From Desulfobacterales bacterium (GTDB taxonomy: Bacteria; Desulfobacterota; Desulfobacteria; Desulfobacterales; UBA2174): a stretch of 64,000 nucleotides of DNA. Location: assembly GCA_963668645.2 (NCBI GenBank), contig CAXXWC010000018.1:256001-320000 (forward strand), written 5' to 3'. A program made the position numbers and the translations under genes. This document shows, one piece after another, positions 1 through 10,022 of this stretch; within the stretch, counting starts at the first letter, position 1; each line of letters begins with the position of its first letter. Below the pieces are notes generated by a model. The model made no database searches and had not been told where the DNA came from. It worked only from the letters and a program-made list of their open reading frames with translations.

Positions 1-14
1 TTGAGGAGGAAGAG

Positions 15-1982
15 ATGAGAAAAAGGCACGGTTTGGGAATTCTGGTCGTTTTGACAATGGTGATGCTGGCGCCGGCGCCGGCGGTTCTGGCCGCCGGGGA
101 CGAGCCGGTTCAGATCGAGGACGTGGTGGTCACCGCAACCCGCACCGAAACCAACCTGGACAAGGTCGGCGGCAGCAGCGTGACGGTGATCACGGCCGAA
201 GAGATCCGCGCCAAGGGCTACCTGACGGTGGAAGAAGTGCTCAAAGGGACGCCGGGTATCGACGTTACGGCTTACGGCGGGCCGGGTACGGCGACTTCGG
301 TTTCCATTCGCGGGGCCGACGCCAAGAACACCCTGGTGCTGCTTGACGGGATCATGCTCAACGATCCTTCGGGCACGGCCCGCGAGGCCGACTTGGCGAA
401 CCTGACCACGGATAACATCGAACGCATCGAGATCGTACGCGGTCCTCAGAGCGTGCTTTACGGCAGCAACGCCACTGCCGGGGTAATCAACCTGATTACC
501 CGCAAGGGCCGGGGTAAACCGCAGGTTTACGCCGGCAGCGAGGCTGGATCCTACAACACCTGGAAGGCCTACGGCGGTGCATCCGGCCAGATCGGCGAAT
601 TGTTCAACTTTTCGCTGGGCGCCTCACGGACCGAGACCGGCGGTTTTTCGATCGCCAATGTCGACAACGATCGCATCCCGCAAGGCGACGCCACCGACGA
701 GGACGACGGGTGGCGCAACACGACCTTTTCCGGCCGCTTGGGCATGGACATCAAGGATCGTTTCACTTTCGGCGTGACACTGCGCCACGTGGATTCCCGG
801 GCCGACCTGGATGATTTTGACTATGGCGGGTATGCCACGGACAACCAGTACGGTCCCGGTCTGCCTGAGGATGCCTACCAGGACAGCGAACAGACCTTTT
901 TCAGGGCCGACGCCAAGGCCAGATTTCTCGAGGGGCTGATTTCGACTTCCGTCTATTACAGCCAGGCTGTTCAGGATCGGGAAATCTATGACAACGACAA
1001 GGCGTTGACCAGCGACTACGATGCGGACACCGATGAAGTCGGGGGCCAGGTCGATTTGAACTTCGAAAACGATGTCGTTTCCATGGGGGCCGTCTTCCTG
1101 AGCGAGGCCTTCGACACGGGTACGACGAGCGAAAAATCAGCCGACACCCAGAGTTTTTGGATCCAGAACCAGTTTTTCTGGCAGGATTGGTTCGACATCG
1201 TCGCCGGCCTGCGGATCGACGATCACGAGCAGTTCGGCAACGAGACTACTTACCGCATCGCTCCGGCCTTCACGCTGCCGGTCACGGCCACCGTGTTGAA
1301 AGGGGCCTGCGCCACCGGCTTCCGATCCCCTTCCCTCTATCAGCTCTACGCCGACGCCGTCCCGGCTTGGTGGTTCGCCGGAGGCAACCCCGACCTGCAA
1401 CCGGAGACCAGCAGGGGATGGGAGTTGGGGCTGGAACAGCCGCTCCTGGAAGGGCGCCTGAAGCTGGGTACCACCTATTTCGAGTTGCGCTTCGAGGATC
1501 GCATCGAATACGTCACCGATCCGGTCACCTGGCAGGGAACCTATGCCAACCTGACCGGCACTTCCAAGAGCAAGGGGGTCGAATCCTTCATCGCCTGGCA
1601 GGCCTTGGACTGGCTGGACCTGCGCCTGGATCACACTTACACCCATACGGTGGATCCGGACGGCGAGCGCCTGGCCAAGCACCCTTTGAACAAGGTGCGG
1701 TTTGCGGTCAATTGCCGGCCCACCGATGCCCTGAAACTCAATATGGACGTTCAGTGGGTGGATGAGCGCGATGCGTCCAGTTACGACTACGACAAGTACG
1801 GCAACCTGGTGAAAACCATGGACGCCTATACCCTGGTCAACCTCTCGGTCCGCTACCGGGCCGCCAAATATCTGGAGATCTACGGCCGGCTGGAAAACCT
1901 GCTGGACGAGTTCTACGAAGAATCCTGGAGTTACGCCACCCCTGGCTTTTCGGCCTATGGTGGTTTCAGGGTAAACTTTTAA
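15..1982 (+). CDS. btuB: TonB-dependent receptor, cobalamin (BtuB-like)
   Basis: Signal peptide, TonB box (DVVVTATRTE), plug motif IERIEIVRGPQSVLYG, terminal Phe; first gene of an operon with CbiZ/BtuFCD homologues. Confidence 0.85.
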   Translation: MRKRHGLGILVVLTMVMLAPAPAVLAAGDEPVQIEDVVVTATRTETNLDKVGGSSVTVITAEEIRAKGYLTVEEVLKGTPGIDVTAYGGPGTATSVSIRGADAKNTLVLLDGIMLNDPSGTAREADLANLTTDNIERIEIVRGPQSVLYGSNATAGVINLITRKGRGKPQVYAGSEAGSYNTWKAYGGASGQIGELFNFSLGASRTETGGFSIANVDNDRIPQGDATDEDDGWRNTTFSGRLGMDIKDRFTFGVTLRHVDSRADLDDFDYGGYATDNQYGPGLPEDAYQDSEQTFFRADAKARFLEGLISTSVYYSQAVQDREIYDNDKALTSDYDADTDEVGGQVDLNFENDVVSMGAVFLSEAFDTGTTSEKSADTQSFWIQNQFFWQDWFDIVAGLRIDDHEQFGNETTYRIAPAFTLPVTATVLKGACATGFRSPSLYQLYADAVPAWWFAGGNPDLQPETSRGWELGLEQPLLEGRLKLGTTYFELRFEDRIEYVTDPVTWQGTYANLTGTSKSKGVESFIAWQALDWLDLRLDHTYTHTVDPDGERLAKHPLNKVRFAVNCRPTDALKLNMDVQWVDERDASSYDYDKYGNLVKTMDAYTLVNLSVRYRAAKYLEIYGRLENLLDEFYEESWSYATPGFSAYGGFRVNF

Positions 1983-2048
1983 GCCAAAACGGCCGGGCCG
2001 CTGGGCGGTTCCGGCCGATACCGTGTCTTGGGAAAAGGATCGGGAAAA

Positions 2049-4088
2049 ATGGCGGCCGGTATCTTGTCATCACCTGTAAAGCTGGCGTTTGCCGCGTGCA
2101 TCGGTCTTTTGCTGACCCTCGGGCAGGCCGGGGCCGCACCGCTGACCTTTGTCGACGATGCCGGAAGACAGATCCGGCTTGAGGCCCCGCCCCGGCGGGT
2201 GGTGAGCCTGGTGCCGTCGGTGACCGAGATCCTGTTCGCCATCGGGGCCGGAGACGCCGTGCGTGCGGTGACCTATCACGACCACTGGCCGCCCGAGGCT
2301 GCCACGCGGCCGGTGGTGGGCGGTTTCGCCGCCCCCGATCCGATGCGGGTGATGGAGGCGGCCCCGCAGGCAGTCTTTGTCTCTTCCATGCATCAAGACC
2401 TTGCCGCCCTGCTTTCCAGCGGCCATATCCAGCCGATCCGCATTGAAATCGAATCGATTGAAGACAGCTTTGCTGCCATACGGCGCCTGGGGCAGATCTT
2501 CGATCGGGGCACGGCAGCCGAGGCCCTGGTGGCCCGGATCCGCACTGATCTGGATCTCGTGGCCGCCAAGGTGGCCAAGATCCCGGCTGCGAAACGGTTG
2601 CGGGTGATGCGCCTCATGGGCCGCGACCGGGTGATGGCCCCCGGCGACGATTCCTTCCAGAACCAGATGATCCGGGTCGCCGGAGGGATCGCACCGCAGT
2701 GGGGCCAAACAGGCGACGTGGTGGAAGTGACCATGGAGCAATGGCAGCGCTTCAACCCCCAGGTGGTTTACGGTTGCGGCGGGGACCGCCAGGCCGCGGC
2801 CCGGCTCTTCGATCGGCCGGGATGGCGGGATGTGGAGGCGGTCAAAAACGGGCGCCTCCTTTTTTTCCCCTGCGAACTGACCTGCCGCTGCGCCACCCAC
2901 AGCGCCGATTTCGTCGCCCAGCTGGCATCGCGTCTTTATAGCGAGGCGTTTGCCCGGCAGGAAGATCAGATCCACCCGGACGCCGTTTTCAACGCGCGCC
3001 CCCTGGCCCTGGATCTGCCTTATGTGGCACGCAGCCGCATCGTCGAAAGCCGTATCCACGACTTTGTCAACAAGACCCTGGCCGTCGATTTCAGCCAGCC
3101 GATGCAGGTGGTCTCGTCGCTGGAAGGCCAGCGCGGAAACATCCTCACCGTGGGCAACCATTATGCACCGCCGGCCTGCTGGGCCATCGGCCACCAGGGG
3201 GGCCTGGAGGCGGTAAGGCGGCAGGTGTACGGGGTGCTGGGCCAGGACCCGGCGACCGCTTCCTTTCTGTTTACCGGCGCCGACATGGATCATCTGTCCG
3301 TCCAAAAGCGGATCTGCCGGCAGATGGCGGTGGTGGCCCTGGTGACGGCCGGGGTTGAATCCAACGCCCAGCGTACGGGCTGCGATGCGGGCTTCTGGTA
3401 CGAACCGGGCACGATCAACATCATCCTGCTGACCAACATGCGGCTCAGCCCCCGCGCCATGACCCGCGCCCTGATAACGGCCACCGAAGCCAAGACGGCC
3501 GCTTTGCAGGACCTGGATATCCGCAGCAGTGTGGCGCCCTATCGCGGCGCCACCGGCACCGGGACCGACAACATCATCGTGGTCCAAGGAACCGGGGTGA
3601 ACATCGACAACGCCGGCGGCCACAGCAAGATGGGCGAACTGATCGCCGCAGCGGTTCATGCCGGCGTAAAAGAGGCGGTCTTCAAACAGAACGGCCTCGC
3701 GGCCGATCGATCCGTTTTTCGCCGCATCGAGGAGCGCGGCCCGGGAATATGGGAACGGATCTTTCAGGCTCCCTGCAACTGCGCGGCCTACCGGCACGAT
3801 CTGTACGCTGAAATCGAGCGGCTCCTCTTGCAGGATCGCTATGCCGGTTTTCTGGAGGCTGCCATGGCCCTGGACGATGCCCGGGCCTGCGGCAGAAAAG
3901 TGGATTTATCCCTCTTTGCCCGATGGTGCCAGCAGGTGTCGGCCGAGATCGGCGCTGTGCCGCTGCCCGAAGTTGATGAAAAGGCCGGCAGCGATAAGAA
4001 CGCCTCGGCCCTGGACCTGGCGCTGGATGCCCTGCGAACCGGGGTGGCGCAAAAGATGCCGGCACCGGTGGAGGTCGAGGCCCCGTGA
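2049..4088 (+). CDS. Fusion of a BtuF-like periplasmic binding domain and a CbiZ adenosylcobinamide amidohydrolase domain
   Basis: N-half RVVSLVPSVTEILFAIG (helical-backbone SBP); C-half VTAGVESNA, GTINII, TATEAKTAAL, ATGTGTD (CbiZ motifs); start could be 2028 (TTG) or 2049 (ATG). Confidence 0.85.
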   Translation: MAAGILSSPVKLAFAACIGLLLTLGQAGAAPLTFVDDAGRQIRLEAPPRRVVSLVPSVTEILFAIGAGDAVRAVTYHDHWPPEAATRPVVGGFAAPDPMRVMEAAPQAVFVSSMHQDLAALLSSGHIQPIRIEIESIEDSFAAIRRLGQIFDRGTAAEALVARIRTDLDLVAAKVAKIPAAKRLRVMRLMGRDRVMAPGDDSFQNQMIRVAGGIAPQWGQTGDVVEVTMEQWQRFNPQVVYGCGGDRQAAARLFDRPGWRDVEAVKNGRLLFFPCELTCRCATHSADFVAQLASRLYSEAFARQEDQIHPDAVFNARPLALDLPYVARSRIVESRIHDFVNKTLAVDFSQPMQVVSSLEGQRGNILTVGNHYAPPACWAIGHQGGLEAVRRQVYGVLGQDPATASFLFTGADMDHLSVQKRICRQMAVVALVTAGVESNAQRTGCDAGFWYEPGTINIILLTNMRLSPRAMTRALITATEAKTAALQDLDIRSSVAPYRGATGTGTDNIIVVQGTGVNIDNAGGHSKMGELIAAAVHAGVKEAVFKQNGLAADRSVFRRIEERGPGIWERIFQAPCNCAAYRHDLYAEIERLLLQDRYAGFLEAAMALDDARACGRKVDLSLFARWCQQVSAEIGAVPLPEVDEKAGSDKNASALDLALDALRTGVAQKMPAPVEVEAP

Positions 4089-5005
4089 AGCACTGGTTTT
4101 TTGCTCATAAGTGGCTGGGAGGCGCCGTTTTGCTGGTGCTTTTTCTATCGAGCGCAGCGGCGGGCGCAGCCGGCGACCGCGTCGTCACCGATCTGGCCGG
4201 ACGGACGATGCGGGTTCCGCAAGACCCGCAACGGGTGGTGGCCCTGGCGCCGAGCCTGACCGAGATCGTTTTTGCCCTGGGCCGCCAGGACCGGCTGGTG
4301 GGGGTGACCCGGTTTTCGGACTTTCCGCAAGCGGCCCGGCTGCTGCCCAAGGTCGGCTCCTATGTCAAACTCGACCTGGAACGCATCGTGGCCCTGCGGC
4401 CCGATCTGTGCCTGGCGGTGCGCGACGGGAATCCCAAGGCGGTGGTGGATCACCTGGAGACGATGGGAATCCCGGTCTATGCCGCCGATCCGCGTGATCT
4501 GGGCTCGGTGATGGAGACCATCACGGCCCTGGGCGATCTGCTCGGGGTGCCGGATGCGGCCGAGCGCATCAACGCCGATACGCGCCGCCGGATCCGGGCC
4601 GTGGAGGATCGGGTGGCCCAGGCAGGCCCCCGGCCAGGGGTCTTTTTCCAGATCGGCCTGGCGCCCATCGTCTCGGCGGGCAGCGGGACTTTTATCAACG
4701 AACTGATCGTGCGTGCCGGTGGGATCAACCTGGCGGCCGGGCCGGTACCTTATCCGCGCTTTAGCCGGGAACAGGTCATCGGACTGGCCCCGGAGGTGAT
4801 CATCATCACTTCCATGGCCAGGCAGGGCCTCTTTGAACAGGTGCGCGACGAATGGCGCCGCTGGCCCCAAATGCCGGCGGCGGCCAAGGACCGGATCTAC
4901 ATCAGCGAGTCGAACCTGCTCGACCGGCCCAGCCCGCGGCTGGTGGACGGCCTGGAATACCTGGCAAGGCTGATTCACCCGGCGCTTTTCCAGGAGCGGC
5001 CGTGA
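4085..5005 (+). CDS. btuF: Cobalamin ABC transporter substrate-binding protein
   Basis: RVVALAPSLTEIVFALG, LERIVALRPDL, RPSPRL motifs; GTGA overlap with upstream gene. Confidence 0.85.
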   Translation: MKHWFFAHKWLGGAVLLVLFLSSAAAGAAGDRVVTDLAGRTMRVPQDPQRVVALAPSLTEIVFALGRQDRLVGVTRFSDFPQAARLLPKVGSYVKLDLERIVALRPDLCLAVRDGNPKAVVDHLETMGIPVYAADPRDLGSVMETITALGDLLGVPDAAERINADTRRRIRAVEDRVAQAGPRPGVFFQIGLAPIVSAGSGTFINELIVRAGGINLAAGPVPYPRFSREQVIGLAPEVIIITSMARQGLFEQVRDEWRRWPQMPAAAKDRIYISESNLLDRPSPRLVDGLEYLARLIHPALFQERP

Positions 5006-6012
5006 GCGGGAAGCCCATCATCGGTGCGGCCCGGATTCTGGCTGTCAGTGCTGTTCTGGCGGTGCTGCTGGCCCTGGCCATCCTGGCGGCGGTCTCTTTC
5101 GGCTCTTCCGAACTGACACCGGCTGCGGCCCTGCGGGGCCTGCTTCGCGGACTTGGCGGCGACGACCTGGCCGCGGCCATCGTCTGGCGCATCCGGCTGC
5201 CGCGAGCCGTCCTGGCAGCCCTGACCGGAGCGGTCCTTTCCCTGGGCGGGCTGGTCTTTCAGGCGCTGCTGCGCAATCCGCTGGCCGAACCATATATTCT
5301 CGGCATCTCGGGCGGCTCGGCGATCGGTGCCATCGTAGGGATTCTCCTGGGCCTGGCGGCCTTTCCAGGGGTAAGCCTGCTGGCCTTTGCCGGCGCCATG
5401 ATCACCCTGGGGCTTATCCTGGCCATGGCCTCGGGCAGGACCCTGCTGCAGCGCGACGCCCTGCTGCTTTCCGGGGTGATGGTCAACGCTTTTTGCTCGG
5501 CGGGGATCATGTTCTTGTTGACCTTGAGCCAGGATGGCCGGCTGCACAACATCCTCTTCTGGCTCATGGGCGACTTGACGTCCACCACCTTCGGTCAGGT
5601 GGGGTTGCTGGCGGCCGCGGTCCTGCCGTGCTTTGCCGTTGTTTTTTTGCTGGCCCACCCGATGAATCTGATGCTTCTGGGCAGGGAGTTGGCCGCTTCC
5701 AGCGGGGTGCCGGTGCGGGCCGTGACCATCGGATTGCTGGTGGTTACCTCTTTGATGGTCAGCGTGACGGTGAGCTTCTGCGGGCTGGTGGGATTCGTGG
5801 GCCTGGTGGTGCCCCACCTGCTGCGGATGCGCTGGGGCAGCGACCATCGGCTTCTCGTACCGGCCTGTATCTTCGGCGGCGGGGCCTTCATGGTGGTCTG
5901 TGATCTGTTGTCGCGGGTGCTGCCCCGGCATGGAGAGATGCCCGCCGGAGTGATCACGGCCATGATCGGCGCGCCGCTGTTCATCTATCTGCTCAAGCGG
6001 ACACGGCAGTGA
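5002..6012 (+). CDS. btuC: Cobalamin/iron-chelate ABC permease (FecCD/BtuC)
   Basis: IRLPRA, QALLRNPLAEPYILGISGG, GFVGLVVPH, GAPLF; GTG at 5002 overlaps the btuF stop. Confidence 0.9.
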   Translation: MSGKPIIGAARILAVSAVLAVLLALAILAAVSFGSSELTPAAALRGLLRGLGGDDLAAAIVWRIRLPRAVLAALTGAVLSLGGLVFQALLRNPLAEPYILGISGGSAIGAIVGILLGLAAFPGVSLLAFAGAMITLGLILAMASGRTLLQRDALLLSGVMVNAFCSAGIMFLLTLSQDGRLHNILFWLMGDLTSTTFGQVGLLAAAVLPCFAVVFLLAHPMNLMLLGRELAASSGVPVRAVTIGLLVVTSLMVSVTVSFCGLVGFVGLVVPHLLRMRWGSDHRLLVPACIFGGGAFMVVCDLLSRVLPRHGEMPAGVITAMIGAPLFIYLLKRTRQ

Positions 6013-6869
6013 AAGGGCCATTCATAGATGATCCGTCCAGGGAAAACTTTTTGCAGGACGGCGATGGGCAGGCTTGCGGCGGTAAAGCGATGAGCACGGT
6101 GGTGGCCGTTCACGGGGTGCGCTTTGCCTACAACGCCCGTTCGGTGATCGAGGATCTGTCGCTGGAGGTGAACGCCGGCGATTTTTTCATCGTCATCGGC
6201 CCCAACGGCTCGGGAAAGACCACCCTGCTGCGCCTCGTACTCGGGAGTCTGAAGCCGGCCGGCGGAACGGTGGACATTTTCGACCGGCCGGCAGCGCGCA
6301 TCGGGCGCCGGGACCTGGCGCGGCGGGTGGCCCTGGTGCCTCAGGCGGCTGCGGTGGCCTTCCCCTTCTCGGTGCGCCAGATCGTTGCCATGGGGCGGGC
6401 ACCCCACCTCGGACTGCTCGGCTTCGAGGGCAGCACCGACCGCGAGGCGGTGGACCGGGCCCTGGCCACGGTGAGGCTCGAGGCTCTATCAGACCGGATG
6501 CTCGACCAGCTCAGCGGCGGCGAGCGCCAGCGGGTCTGGATCGCCCGGGCTCTTTGCCAGGAGCCGGATCTGCTTCTTCTCGACGAGCCCACCGCAGCCC
6601 TGGACATGGGCCACCAACTCCAGATCATGCGCCTTCTGGCCCGCCTGCGCCGCGAGCAGGGACTGACCGTGATGATGGTCTCCCACGACCTCAACCTGGC
6701 GGCCATGTTCGCCACCCGAATGCTGCTGCTGCGCAAGGGGCGGGTCGTCTGTCTCGGCGCGCCGGAAGCGGTGCTGCGCGCCGAACACATTCGCACGGCT
6801 TACGGCTGCGAGGTGCTGGTCGACCGCCACCCCCAGGGAGGGTTTCCCAGGCTGACGCTTCCGGCGTAG
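6009..6869 (+). CDS. btuD: Cobalamin/iron-chelate ABC ATPase
   Basis: GPNGSGKTT, LSGGERQR, LLLLDEPT, SHDLN; alternative start ATG 6090. Confidence 0.9.
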   Translation: MKGPFIDDPSRENFLQDGDGQACGGKAMSTVVAVHGVRFAYNARSVIEDLSLEVNAGDFFIVIGPNGSGKTTLLRLVLGSLKPAGGTVDIFDRPAARIGRRDLARRVALVPQAAAVAFPFSVRQIVAMGRAPHLGLLGFEGSTDREAVDRALATVRLEALSDRMLDQLSGGERQRVWIARALCQEPDLLLLDEPTAALDMGHQLQIMRLLARLRREQGLTVMMVSHDLNLAAMFATRMLLLRKGRVVCLGAPEAVLRAEHIRTAYGCEVLVDRHPQGGFPRLTLPA

Positions 6870-7257
6870 GAAGTGGGGTGAAAACAACTTCAAATGATTT
6901 CCCCTTTGGCAGCTCGATAGACAGGTCGTAACAAATGGGCTTTCGCTTCGTAGAGGTTGTAACAACTGCCAGTCGATGGCGCAATCCCCAAGTTGGTCAA
7001 TGCTAAAAAGTAGATTGAGTTTACGCCAGCCGGATAGCGACCATGTTTCGAAAGCGATCGCTGACTGAGTTATTGCGGTTCGGGGGTTCTGCTTGACACA
7101 AAGAAAAAGCATTTGACCTGATCTAAGGCCCTTGGTATAGCTACAAGAATTCGGAGTATCCCTACAATCTGTAAAGCGCTCAAAAATGAACGATAGCCGC
7201 ATGAAAGGGTTAGTTGTGGCATTTCGTATATAGAAACAGCCAAACGGAGGGTACATC

Positions 7258-8592
7258 ATGAAAAAAGAACCCAAAGCACCTTCCAATAGTTATCAATTTG
7301 ACAAAACCTTCGCGAGGGCTGCCGAACTGCTGAAAGGCAAGTCTAATGTTTTGGATAATATCCTGGCCTCGATGGGCGACGGCATGAGCATACAGGATCG
7401 CAATATGCGCATTGTCTATCAGAACAGGTACATGATCGATAATTTCGGGTCGCATATCGGAGAGTTTTGCTACAAGATATACGAAAAACGCGACAGTATC
7501 TGCGAAGGCTGCCCGATTGTTGAGGCTTATCTTACCGGAAAAGTGACAAAGGCATTGCGAGTGGGAGGCACCGAAGACGGAGGACAATTCCGCTTCGAAA
7601 ACATTGCCTCGGTACTGCGGAACGATCAGGGGGAAATTGTCGCAGGAATCGAATTGGTTCGAATGGTGGAGGATCGGGAGCGGGCTCTCGAGGAACTGCG
7701 AGCGGCGATGGAACAACTCGAGCAGGCGAAGGCCGTTTACGAAAGCAGTAGTGAAGGCATTATGGTAGTGGACAAAAACAATCACATTATCTCCGTCAAT
7801 CCGGCTTTCGAATCCATCACCGGTTACAGTCGTAATGACGTTTTAGGATCTGACCCGAAACTGCTCAGTTCCGGGACCCACACGAAAGAATTTTATGTCG
7901 AAATGTGGCGTTACCTGCAAGATATCGGCACCTGGCGAGGCGAGATATGGAACAAGCGTAAGAATGGCCGGATCTACCCCCAGTTTATGAGCATCGACAC
8001 CATTTACAGCGATAGCGGTGAAGTGTCTAAACGTGTCTGCATCCTTTCCGATATCACGGAAAAGAAACTGGCTGAAGAACAAATCAGGCACATGGCGCAG
8101 TACGACACACTTACCGATCTGCCCAACCGGATGCTTTACGAGGATCGATTACACCAATCCTTGGCCATGGCAAGGCGTGAAAATAGCCCCCTCGCGCTAC
8201 TCTATATCGACCTCGACCGCTTCAAGCCGGTCAACGATACTCTCGGTCATGCCATGGGTGATAAACTGCTTAAGTCGGTCGCACAGCGGATGCTTGATTG
8301 CGTACGCCAAACAGACACTGTTGCGCGTATCGGAGGCGATGAGTTCGCAGTGATCCTAACGGCTGTTTATTCCCGTGAGAAAGGACTGATGGTGGCGGAA
8401 AAGATCCGCAATAAACTTGAACTGCCTTTCGATATTGACGGTGAGCGACTCAATATTTCAGCCAGCATTGGTTGCGCCATTTTCCCGAACGATGGGCAGG
8501 ATGAGGAAGCGCTTGCTCAAAGTGCCGACCAGGCCATGTACCTGGCTAAACAAAGCGGCCGCAATAGGATCTGTTTCAAAGGAATCAAATAG
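7258..8592 (+). CDS. PAS-PAS diguanylate cyclase
   Basis: Two PAS-like domains, YDTLTDLPNR, DLDRFKPVNDTLGH, intact GGDEF with RQTD I-site; RBS GGAGG. Confidence 0.9.
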   Translation: MKKEPKAPSNSYQFDKTFARAAELLKGKSNVLDNILASMGDGMSIQDRNMRIVYQNRYMIDNFGSHIGEFCYKIYEKRDSICEGCPIVEAYLTGKVTKALRVGGTEDGGQFRFENIASVLRNDQGEIVAGIELVRMVEDRERALEELRAAMEQLEQAKAVYESSSEGIMVVDKNNHIISVNPAFESITGYSRNDVLGSDPKLLSSGTHTKEFYVEMWRYLQDIGTWRGEIWNKRKNGRIYPQFMSIDTIYSDSGEVSKRVCILSDITEKKLAEEQIRHMAQYDTLTDLPNRMLYEDRLHQSLAMARRENSPLALLYIDLDRFKPVNDTLGHAMGDKLLKSVAQRMLDCVRQTDTVARIGGDEFAVILTAVYSREKGLMVAEKIRNKLELPFDIDGERLNISASIGCAIFPNDGQDEEALAQSADQAMYLAKQSGRNRICFKGIK

Positions 8593-9068
8593 CAAAACTG
8601 AGTGGAATAGCTTAATAGCTGCTGTAAGCCTCCCTCTGGCTCCTCGGTATTCACTCAGGTACTTACGCGGTTATCTGCCCTGATGATCGTGGGAAAATCA
8701 CCCCCTCTCCAACTTGGCGGTATGCTCGTGGAGCGAGTCCACGGCTCCGTATCTGTGATCAGTAGGCAGCCCGCCGCATAACGGTGGGGTAGGCCTCTGA
8801 CCGCCGGTGTCCCAGACACAGAGCCTCCGAGTCTCGTTCTCCCACCATTTTCGTCCTGCGACCCCGTTCCAAGGGGACATGATGCTTGCATTTCAAAAAA
8901 AGGCAGGTGTAGTGCTAAAACGCACATTACGGCGTGTAACCACGCTATTCGCTATAGGATCGTTTATCCGGATGCCTGTTATGAATAAGGGGGAGTGAGA
9001 GGAGGGAAACAGCGAAGGCGCATTGCGCTGCTAAGACACGTTCAACACAAAACGATGGAGGCGTTGGC

Positions 9069-9812
9069 ATGCAAAAACCGATGGATGAAAGGTACGGACT
9101 TTACATCAACGGAAACTGGACGGATGGCAAGGGAGGCAAAACGATAACATCGTATTGCCCCGCCAACAGAGAACCTCTTGCAGCTTTCGTTGACGCCACC
9201 AAGGAAGATGTGGACAAGGCGGTCAAGGCAGCCTGGAAGATTGCTCCGGTTCTGGCGGCAGGCTGCTGCACCGTAATCAAGTCTTCAAGCTTCACTTCCT
9301 TGAGCCTTCTGGAGTTTGCCAAGATTCTGGACGGTGTGTTGCCCGCCAGTGTGGTCAATGTGGTTACGGGCAGCGGGACGGGTGCCGGCAGCTACATGAT
9401 GGAACATCCGGATTTCCGGAAACTGGCGTTTACGGGTTCCAATGAGATCGGATACAACGTGGCCGAGGTGGCCGCCAAGAAGCTGATTCCCGCCACATTG
9501 GAATTGGGCGGGAAGTCAGCCAATATCTATTTCCCCGATTGCCCTTGGGACAAGGCGATCGAAGGATTGCAGCTCGGCATTCTTTTCAACCAGGGGCAGG
9601 TCTGTTGTGCGGGTTCCCGGGTCTTTGTCCATGAGGACATCCATGACAAGTTCGTAGCCGAGGCGGTCGAAGCTTTCAATAAAGTCAAAGTCGGACTGCC
9701 GTGGGAAAAAGATACGGTGATGGGGGAGCCCTTAACAATTATCTGGAAAGCTTGCCGGAAGGTGAGGAGGATAGAGAGAGGGGCCGATAGCCAGCCGTCC
9801 AGCCTAGCCTGA
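9069..9812 (+). pseudogene. Aldehyde dehydrogenase, internally deleted and C-terminally truncated
   Basis: ALDH motifs FTGS, LELGGKS, NQGQVCCAGSR present. The segment between the N-terminal KAAWK and the later AAWKIAP (including PWNFP) is missing, and similarity stops after DTVMG (~9726). Confidence 0.85.
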
Positions 9813-10022
9813 AGCTATTCAGGGGGTGGAAAAAGATTTGACCTGCTTCGGGCGGCATTGCTATGAGTTTAAAAGCAAAACAGGAGAATGCACTGGAATC
9901 GAAGGGAGGCTTGAGCCGAAATCCGGCCCGCGCGCCGGTCAAGCCCTCCAAGAAAGGCACTTCCCAGGGAACAACGGAAGGAGGAATTTATTGGAAAATA
10001 TTTTGAAAGGAGAGCAGACAGA

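Noticed and set aside
1..14. Cobalamin riboswitch for the btu operon
   Set aside because: Would lie upstream of the window; only the RBS is visible
2070..3797. Long antisense ORFs (also 26452-27729, 4975-6021, 49560-50393, 62365-63273)
   Set aside because: Shadow frames of GC-rich real genes with no recognisable motifs
6870..7200. Possible toxin-gene remnant or riboswitch upstream of the diguanylate cyclase
   Set aside because: Only a few weak residue matches across frames and no consistent structure
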